DNA of 64,000 bases from a virus (taxonomy: Duplodnaviria; Caudoviricetes): the IMG/VR virus record IMGVR_UViG_3300023178_000006. One strand, given 5' to 3'. Shown one piece after another: positions 56,566 through 64,000 of the stretch; positions within the stretch are counted from its first letter, which is position 1, and every line of letters begins with the position of its first letter. The notes beneath the pieces are model-generated. The model made no database searches. It saw nothing but the letters and a program-made list of their open reading frames with translations, and had not been told where the DNA came from. Both the position numbers and the translations under genes were made by a program.

Positions 56566-59500
56566 ATGTCAAAAATTTCAGAACTAGGTTCAATTACAGG
56601 TGCTAATACCAGGTCGGAAGACCTGTTTGTTATTGTCAACCTTGTTCAAGGTGACGATGGTACCAAGAATATTACTCGTAAAGAATTAGTCGAAGCTATT
56701 CAATACGAGATTTTCTCAAGAATCACAATCACTGGAGGTACTATCTCCGGTGTTGTCATGTCAGACTCTAGACTTGATAATGTAATCATCGACAACTCAA
56801 ACATTGAAGATACTGATTTTGTTCGTGGTTCTATTGATGATACAGCAATTACAGACAGTACTGCTAATAACATCACACAATCATATTCAACTTTCCAATT
56901 AGGTACAATATTCGCAACTGTAGCGAATACAATGACAATTACCGATTCTGATTTCTCAGATGGTACTGCAAACAATGTCGTTATCACAAATTCTCAGTTC
57001 AATGAAGGTACTGGTAATAATGTAGTACTTACAAATTCAACCATTGATAATTCCACATTTATTAACGGTGATGTTAATAACTCTGTTATTGAAACATCCG
57101 AGTTTAATAATGGTACAATGGATACAGTTACTGGTGTTAATTTAGACATATCTAATTCAGATATTACAACATCAGATATCACAGATTCAACAGCTAACAA
57201 CTTAACGATTACAAGTTCTGAGTTTAACTCAGGAACAATGGACACTGTTACTGGTGTCGATATAACATTATCGAATTCTGAAATTAGTACAACTAATATT
57301 CAAACTTCTAATTTCTATGAAGGCAATATTAGTAACACGGTTATCGTAACATCAGAATTCAATGATGGTACATCTAATAATGTTGTTATAACAAATTCAC
57401 AGTTTAATGATGGCACAGGAAATAATGTCACATTAACAAATTCAACCATTGACGATTCTTTAATTCAAGATAGCACCATCGCTAATACCTCATTTACAGG
57501 TACAATGAGTGATGTAACAGCAGTCAATATGACAATCACAAGTTCATCTGCTGATGGATTAGGTGCTAATAATTCTACATTCGAAAATGGTACAGTTTCT
57601 TCTTCAACATTCTCAGGTGGAGTCATTGACCAATCAAAACTTGTCGACTTTGACATGGAACTTACCAAAGAGTTCGAACCACCTATTGATGATGAAAGTT
57701 ATTTCGCAATTCGAAATGAACAAACTGGTGAAACAGAACAAATTAACTTTGGTCAATTATTTGACGAAGTTTCTGCAAGAACAGCTCAAGCACTTAAAGT
57801 TCACGTTGACGCAGCTTCAGGAGACGATAAAAATCCGGGTACTCAATTAGCACCTGTTAGAACTCTTGAACGTGGTTGTGAACTTATGTTAGAAAAAGCG
57901 GGTGGTTCTTTTGACAGAAACGCATTGAACAACGCAGTTCATATGTCAGTTGGCCCAGGTGCTTATTATACAAAAGGTGAACTTGCAATTCCTGATGACT
58001 GTTCAGTAACTTCTACTGCAGGTCAGTATGCTACGGTTATTGAAGCACTTCCAGGTTATGAAAATAATAACTGTTGGTTAGTAGGTTCAGGTAACTATGT
58101 TCAAGGTTTCGGTTATCAAAACTGGAAGATTGACAACTTCGATTTCCCAGAAGGTGGATTCGCTATTGCTTACAGACCTGGTGCTAAGTTACTCCGTTCA
58201 CCATACATCAGAGACAGTTCTCAATTATCTAACTTTAACAGGGTAGATGTTGAACCACCTCTAAACCCATATAACACCAAAGGTACACTTGACGACTTAG
58301 GTAGAGAGTTTACATTAAGTAATGTTTCAAGTGTTTCTGGATTTGCGGTTGATGATGAGATTACATTCTCATCTGGTGCAGTTGGTTTCGTATCTTACGT
58401 TTCTGAACTTGCTTCTGATAATAAGATTCACGTAAGAAACTTAAAGAACAACAAAGGTTTTGCGGTTGGGGATACTATTACATCTGAATCTGGTGGTACT
58501 GCTACAATCGACGTAATTGGTATCGACGACTTCCCTAACAGATTAGTTGGAAGAGGTGGTGGATGTCTACTTGCAGATAGAAGAGTATTAGACCCAGATT
58601 CATTATATACTTACGTATTATGTTTCGGTTTCACACCTCGTTCTCAAAACGGTATGGGTTATGTTGCTAGGGATGGTGCTGGTGTAAACGGTATCGGTTC
58701 TCTATCCATCTTCGTACGATGCGCATTCTACGCATTGAACGGTGGACAAATGACATTGAACAACTCAGGTACTCAGTTCGGTGACATCTCAATGAGAGCT
58801 AAGGGTACAACTCAGTTCTTCGCACCTAAAGCAACCAATGCAACTATATTCGGTAACACAGTATTTGCTGACACTATTGAGAATGCTTATGACGATATCG
58901 TCGATGATATGGTTGACTATCTCACATCAAATACAGCGAACGGTGGATTAAATTACACAGGATACGATGCTGGTAAATGTGAAAGAGATACAAGAATTAT
59001 TGTTGATGGATTAGGTTATGACGTTGCATTAGATTCTAACTACTGGGGTAGATTAGCTGGTATTACATATCGTTCACCTATCTCACAAAAAGTTGTAGGT
59101 GACCAATTAGAACAAACAGTCGCAGCAAACGAATATTTACAAGACCAGATTGAAGGTATTTTCGAAGGCTCAACAAATATTATTAATAGAGCAAATACTT
59201 CAATGCAAGAACTCTTTAATGTTCTTCAATATGGTGAAGAAAACATGAACCCAATTACATGGGTTGACGACATTTATAATCCTGAAAGAACAGCAGCTAG
59301 AGAGTTAATACAAGACAACAGGTCATTTATTCAAGATGAATTAACAGATTGGATTGATAATAATGATGAGTTCTTCTCTTATGATAGTGTAGCATGTAGA
59401 AGAGATACAACTGATTATATTCTTCCAGCTGTTAAGTATGATATGTTATTGGGAACAAACTATAATGCAGTAACTGCGGGTAATGCTTATTACATGAATG

Positions 59501-62500
59501 CAGCTGCTAAAGTAGTTGATAAACAACGTAATGAAACAATTGCAGCATATCGTCATCTTAAAGATAAAACAAACGAACTCATCGATGCAAATACAGAAAT
59601 TGGTCACGTAAGAGCTGATGAAGCATTTGACGAAATCATCGGTCAATTAGAAGGTAATGGAATTAAGTTATTACCTGAACCTGCTTCTTATACACCTACA
59701 GATGCTTCTTATGACCACGTAAGTGGTTTAATGGAAGTTACCATAGGTGACCATGCATTTAAAGTTGGAGATGGTATCTTTATTAAAGAGAATGGAATGA
59801 CATTCTCATGTCCAGAAGATGGAACAGGAAATCCAATCAATATTTCACATCCACGTCCAAGTGACCCATTGTGGAATCAGAAATTTGATATTGTATCGAT
59901 AACACAAACAACTATAACGGTTGATGCAAAACCGGCAGGTGTCAATAAAGTACATACATTCGTAAGTGCATATAAGGACGCAATCCAAGCAGCTACTACA
60001 TACACATGGACACCGACAGGCGGAACATATGATGCAGCAACTGGTTATATGACGTTAACTCTTGGAAGTAAGCATGGTCTATCCAAAGGTGATAGAGTAT
60101 TCTTCAAACCAGAGAGTATAACATTCTCATGTGAAGGTGATGGTACAGTTACACAATTATCACACCCAAGACCACATGACCCAACATACAAAACACCAGT
60201 AGAGATTGACTCTGTCACATCTAATTCGATTACAGTGTTAGTTGGTCCTTCAGCTTATGTTGCACCACATACATTCGTATCAGCTGATGTTAACTCAGTT
60301 ATTTTAGCGAATTCTAAGATTTACTTCTCTGATGATACATCAATCACAGCAAGTAAGCGTAATGCTAGAATTCAATTACAAGAAAACAAAGAATTTATTC
60401 AAGACTTAATGCTTGGTTATATTGATTATAACTACTTTAGATATGATTCAGAAAAATGTGAGAGAGATGTTCTTAAACACATCTTACCTGCAGTTGAAAG
60501 AGATATTATTACAGGTTCAAACTATAATGCTAAACAAGCAGGTATAGCATACAGGTCTAAAACTTCTGCAGAAGATACTTGGTTAAATGAAAGACCAGAA
60601 ACCGTTGGTTCAATGACAGAGTTGAAGCAATTAGTTGCTAACAACACAATCACAGACCTTGGAAGTATTCATAGGTCAAATGAATCATTCAGACAATTAA
60701 TTGATATTACAAACAGTAATGGTAAATCATATACACCTGCAGCAGGAACAACTTATGACCCAACATCTGGTAAATTAGTATTATCAATTGGTGCTCATGA
60801 TTTCGAACCTGGTCAAAACATCGTACTTGACGATGAGAGTGTTACATTTACATGCGCATTAGACGGTAATGCAACACAACATTCTTACCCAAGAAAAGGT
60901 GACCCTGCTTACAGAACACCAGTATTAATTAACAAAGTAACATCAACAACGATTGAAGTAAATGTTGGTGGATACGAAAATGGTACAGCACATACATTTG
61001 TATCAGCAACTGCTAACAGTGTTAAAGCATCTGATTACATTTCATCTTTCACACCTTCAACTGCTACATACGACCCAGCAACTGGAGTATTTGAAGCAAC
61101 AATAGGTAATCACTCATTTGAAGTAGGTGATTATGTTGAGTTGAAACCTGAAAGTATCGTATTTACATGTGCACAAGATTCAAATACAGTTGAGCATGCT
61201 TATCCAGCAACTCACCACCCTGCATATAAAACTCCAGTTAAATTAACAGGAGTAACTGCGACAACAATCACAATGAATGTTGGTGTAGGTTCTGGTGGTG
61301 CTCATACATTCGTTAGAGCTGACGTTGGTGCTATCGAGGGTGACCCAATTATTTGGACTGACCCATCTAAGTACTTAAAATATTATACACCAACAACTGC
61401 AACATACAACCCAGGAACTGGTGAAAGTGTAGTTACAATTCCAGGCCACGACTTATTAGTTGATGACTTTATCGAATTCGCACCTTACAGTTTCACATTT
61501 ACATGTTCTCAAGATGGAGATGCTACTGAACATTCATATCCAAGAAAAGGAGATGGTAACTTCAATACACCAATGCAAATTACTGCAGTGAATGGTGATG
61601 ATATTACTGTCGATGTTGGAGCAGGTTCAGGTGGTACACATACATTTGTAAGAGTTTCAAACGAAGCGGTTGCTAAGGTTACAACAAATTCAGACGGATT
61701 CTATGCCGCTCAACAATTACAAGCTAACCGTAATATGATTCAAGATGAAGTAATGGCTTATCTTGATAATAATTACTTTGTATTCGATGGTGCTAAATGT
61801 TCAAGAGATACAGGATTTATTTTAGATGCTGTAAGACGTGACGTTGCAACAGGTGCAAACTATAATGCGGTATTCAATGGATTAGGATACAGAATCGGTA
61901 CTGTCGGTGCTAACAAAGTTATTAATGACCAATTACCACAAACAACTGGTTCAATCAATTATCTTAAATCAGAAATTGCAGCTGAACTTTCTGGTAACTC
62001 ATTAGCAAGAGCAAACGCAGCATTTGACGAAATTATAGACATTATCACTAACGGTTCTGCAAATGCAAACACACTAGCATTTGGTGCTAATGGTGTAAGT
62101 GCTCAAACAATCGAAGCAAGGAATGCATTACAAAATAACAGAGCATTTATCCAAGCTGAAATTACAGCTTATATTGCTCAAGAATTCCCTAACTTAAATT
62201 ACGATGTTGCTGATTGTGAAAGAGATACAGGTTATCTAGTTGATGCATTATCTTGGGATATTCAACACGGTTCTAACTCGGCTTCTATCAACTTTGCAAG
62301 ATTATACTTTGAAAATGCGATTGCAGTTCTACCTGGTGACCAAAAGATACCAACAGCGAAAGCATGGCAACATATTGCTGATGTAGCATATCAAGTTGTA
62401 AGAGACCAAGCAGTCACACCTACATCTGGAAATGCTGCTTCTCAAGACCAATCATTAACTGATGTTGGAATCGCCATTGCAAATGATGTTAAAGACTTAG

Positions 62501-64000
62501 TGAATATCGTTACAGATACAATAAGAAACGAATCACTTGATTGGTTACCTGAATATATTGAACCAACAATTGAAGCAACTTATGAAGATGCTGTTAATAA
62601 GATTGATGGTCAAACAGAACCTCTTTCAATCGATGTTATCGGATATGTACAAAGAGAATGGAAAGGTTTACCATACGAAAAAGCTAAGTGTAGAAGAGAC
62701 GTTGGTCTTATTGTTGATGCTGCTTCTAAAGACATTATCTATGGTGGTAATGCAAATGTTATCGAAGCTGCTAAATACTACTTTAGACTTGACGATGAAC
62801 AATCAGCAGATTACGAACAATTAAGAAGTGTTAACGTATTACCTCTCGAAGTACTTGGTCAGTTTAAAGATACTGCCGAAGAATACAAGACAGCAAACGT
62901 TTCAGGTTTACGTACACTAACAAACATATTACCTATTGAACAACGCATTCCAACAATGGAAGCATTTAGACATTTAGCAGATGTTGCAAGTAATGTAGTA
63001 CAAGAAATTGCGATTACACCTTCAGCAAACAATGTACCTTCACAAGATACTTCAGGTACTCCGGCTGATGCAGCAACTGGTACAGCAATTCACGACCTGA
63101 TTGAAATTGTTGCTAATGTAGTTGATGATGATTCAGATGAGAACTTAACAACTACACTAGTGAGTCCAACAGTTGATTCAAACAGAACAGCAGCACGTGT
63201 TCAAATACAAAGAAACAAAGACTTTATTGCTGAAGACGTCATTGCTAAGTTGAAGAAAGATTACTACACATTCGATGGAGATAAGTGTAAGCGTGATGTT
63301 GGAATTCTTATTGATGCGGTTAAACGTGATGTACTTACAAACTCTAACTTTAACGCAGTGTTCAATGGATTAGCATATAGAATTGGAACAACTGGTGCTG
63401 ATGCGGTTATTACAGAACAACTTTCAGAAACAATTAAAGCAATTGAATACACAAGAGACATTGCAGTTAACAACGTAACATCTAGCGTTGGAAAACAAAG
63501 AGCAATGACAGCATTTAATGAAATCCTTGACATCATGAAGAATGGTTCTACTAATGCTGATGCAATCACTTATGGTAGTGTTTCTCAAGCGGGTAATAAC
63601 GGTATTAATGCAAGAGAACAATTACTTAATAACAAAGCATTCTTACAAGCTGAAATCACAGCTTGGATTGCACAGAATTATGGTTCACTAGTTTATGATT
63701 CAGCTAAGTGTGAAAGAGATTTAGGATACTTAATTGATGCTGTTATCTTTGATGCAATGCATGGTGGTAATAGTGCTTCAATTAATGATACAAAACTTTA
63801 CTTCGAAAATGCAATCAGTGTTTTACCAGAAGACCAGAGAGCACCTACAGCGGCAGCCTTTAATCATATAGGTACTGTTGCAAGAAGTGTTGTACTCGAC
63901 ACCGCAGTTACTCCAACAACAGGAAATGCGGAATCACAGAACTTCTCAGCTGGGTCAGTAGGTACACCACTTGCAGATAAGATTGAAGGTCTATTTGGAT
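56566..64000 (+). CDS. Giant repeat-containing virion protein, truncated by the window edge (>2,400 aa)
   Basis: ATG 56566 (MSKISELGSITG...); the same frame was coding at every point sampled through to 64000 (GTPLADKIEGLFG); absent from the track, consistent with no stop inside the window. Confidence 0.8.
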   Translation, partial: MSKISELGSITGANTRSEDLFVIVNLVQGDDGTKNITRKELVEAIQYEIFSRITITGGTISGVVMSDSRLDNVIIDNSNIEDTDFVRGSIDDTAITDSTANNITQSYSTFQLGTIFATVANTMTITDSDFSDGTANNVVITNSQFNEGTGNNVVLTNSTIDNSTFINGDVNNSVIETSEFNNGTMDTVTGVNLDISNSDITTSDITDSTANNLTITSSEFNSGTMDTVTGVDITLSNSEISTTNIQTSNFYEGNISNTVIVTSEFNDGTSNNVVITNSQFNDGTGNNVTLTNSTIDDSLIQDSTIANTSFTGTMSDVTAVNMTITSSSADGLGANNSTFENGTVSSSTFSGGVIDQSKLVDFDMELTKEFEPPIDDESYFAIRNEQTGETEQINFGQLFDEVSARTAQALKVHVDAASGDDKNPGTQLAPVRTLERGCELMLEKAGGSFDRNALNNAVHMSVGPGAYYTKGELAIPDDCSVTSTAGQYATVIEALPGYENNNCWLVGSGNYVQGFGYQNWKIDNFDFPEGGFAIAYRPGAKLLRSPYIRDSSQLSNFNRVDVEPPLNPYNTKGTLDDLGREFTLSNVSSVSGFAVDDEITFSSGAVGFVSYVSELASDNKIHVRNLKNNKGFAVGDTITSESGGTATIDVIGIDDFPNRLVGRGGGCLLADRRVLDPDSLYTYVLCFGFTPRSQNGMGYVARDGAGVNGIGSLSIFVRCAFYALNGGQMTLNNSGTQFGDISMRAKGTTQFFAPKATNATIFGNTVFADTIENAYDDIVDDMVDYLTSNTANGGLNYTGYDAGKCERDTRIIVDGLGYDVALDSNYWGRLAGITYRSPISQKVVGDQLEQTVAANEYLQDQIEGIFEGSTNIINRANTSMQELFNVLQYGEENMNPITWVDDIYNPERTAARELIQDNRSFIQDELTDWIDNNDEFFSYDSVACRRDTTDYILPAVKYDMLLGTNYNAVTAGNAYYMNAAAKVVDKQRNETIAAYRHLKDKTNELIDANTEIGHVRADEAFDEIIGQLEGNGIKLLPEPASYTPTDASYDHVSGLMEVTIGDHAFKVGDGIFIKENGMTFSCPEDGTGNPINISHPRPSDPLWNQKFDIVSITQTTITVDAKPAGVNKVHTFVSAYKDAIQAATTYTWTPTGGTYDAATGYMTLTLGSKHGLSKGDRVFFKPESITFSCEGDGTVTQLSHPRPHDPTYKTPVEIDSVTSNSITVLVGPSAYVAPHTFVSADVNSVILANSKIYFSDDTSITASKRNARIQLQENKEFIQDLMLGYIDYNYFRYDSEKCERDVLKHILPAVERDIITGSNYNAKQAGIAYRSKTSAEDTWLNERPETVGSMTELKQLVANNTITDLGSIHRSNESFRQLIDITNSNGKSYTPAAGTTYDPTSGKLVLSIGAHDFEPGQNIVLDDESVTFTCALDGNATQHSYPRKGDPAYRTPVLINKVTSTTIEVNVGGYENGTAHTFVSATANSVKASDYISSFTPSTATYDPATGVFEATIGNHSFEVGDYVELKPESIVFTCAQDSNTVEHAYPATHHPAYKTPVKLTGVTATTITMNVGVGSGGAHTFVRADVGAIEGDPIIWTDPSKYLKYYTPTTATYNPGTGESVVTIPGHDLLVDDFIEFAPYSFTFTCSQDGDATEHSYPRKGDGNFNTPMQITAVNGDDITVDVGAGSGGTHTFVRVSNEAVAKVTTNSDGFYAAQQLQANRNMIQDEVMAYLDNNYFVFDGAKCSRDTGFILDAVRRDVATGANYNAVFNGLGYRIGTVGANKVINDQLPQTTGSINYLKSEIAAELSGNSLARANAAFDEIIDIITNGSANANTLAFGANGVSAQTIEARNALQNNRAFIQAEITAYIAQEFPNLNYDVADCERDTGYLVDALSWDIQHGSNSASINFARLYFENAIAVLPGDQKIPTAKAWQHIADVAYQVVRDQAVTPTSGNAASQDQSLTDVGIAIANDVKDLVNIVTDTIRNESLDWLPEYIEPTIEATYEDAVNKIDGQTEPLSIDVIGYVQREWKGLPYEKAKCRRDVGLIVDAASKDIIYGGNANVIEAAKYYFRLDDEQSADYEQLRSVNVLPLEVLGQFKDTAEEYKTANVSGLRTLTNILPIEQRIPTMEAFRHLADVASNVVQEIAITPSANNVPSQDTSGTPADAATGTAIHDLIEIVANVVDDDSDENLTTTLVSPTVDSNRTAARVQIQRNKDFIAEDVIAKLKKDYYTFDGDKCKRDVGILIDAVKRDVLTNSNFNAVFNGLAYRIGTTGADAVITEQLSETIKAIEYTRDIAVNNVTSSVGKQRAMTAFNEILDIMKNGSTNADAITYGSVSQAGNNGINAREQLLNNKAFLQAEITAWIAQNYGSLVYDSAKCERDLGYLIDAVIFDAMHGGNSASINDTKLYFENAISVLPEDQRAPTAAAFNHIGTVARSVVLDTAVTPTTGNAESQNFSAGSVGTPLADKIEGLFG
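56700..57650 (+). repeat. Coding S/T/N/D-rich beta-helix-like repeats
   Basis: NNVVITNSQFN.GTGNNV.LTNSTID occurs near 56971 and 57376; SEFN.GTMDTVTG occurs near 57100 and 57220. Confidence 0.7.
58963..63720 (+). repeat. Coding repeats: 8 x [Y/F]D..KC.RD helical units and 5 x F[T/S]C...H..P...HTFV units
   Basis: KC.RD-type units begin at 58963, 59380, 60442, 61783, 62200, 62674, 63271 and 63694; F[T/S]C at 59803, 60124, 60847, 61162 and 61498. Confidence 0.75.

Noticed and set aside
56700-57650. Possible CRISPR-like or non-coding repeat array
   Set aside because: The repeats are degenerate at third codon positions and stay in frame, so they are protein repeats.

Overview
This window is an AT-rich (roughly one-third GC) segment of a T4-like myovirus genome. 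The auxiliary genes (class I cytochrome c with signal peptide, peptide deformylase, Hsp20, peroxiredoxin) suggest an aquatic Gram-negative host, which is inference. Left arm (1-26.6 kb, almost all + strand): gp3, uvsY, uvsW, gp55, gp47/46, gp43, then a ~10 kb accessory island, then gp45/44/62, regA, dUTPase, hsp20 and prx. The island contains a sulfotransferase-like gene, glutaredoxin, cytochrome c, an NTP pyrophosphatase, a ~230-nt structured RNA ahead of a DUF262-like/HNH nuclease, and a cytosine-modification cluster (T4 gp42-like dCMP hydroxymethylase, dCMP deaminase, two glycosyltransferases, a C5-methyltransferase-like protein). These genes are driven by near-consensus TTGACA-N17-TATAAT promoters. 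A minus-strand block (26.7-31.4 kb) encodes gp4, gp2, gp54, gp26, an un-annotated gp51-like ORF reachable by a -1 slippery site, and a tape-measure-like protein. The right arm (31.5-64 kb, + strand) encodes baseplate and fibre proteins: gp48, split gp53, hub, gp5, an M15 peptidase, gp25, gp6, gp7, YHYH, an S8 protease, gp8, a large structural protein, an S74-chaperone fibre, and a >2,400-aa repeat protein that runs off the window and is absent from the ORF track. No tRNA, CRISPR array, intron or intein was recognised. All family assignments come from motifs read by eye and from remembered homologues; no database search was run.
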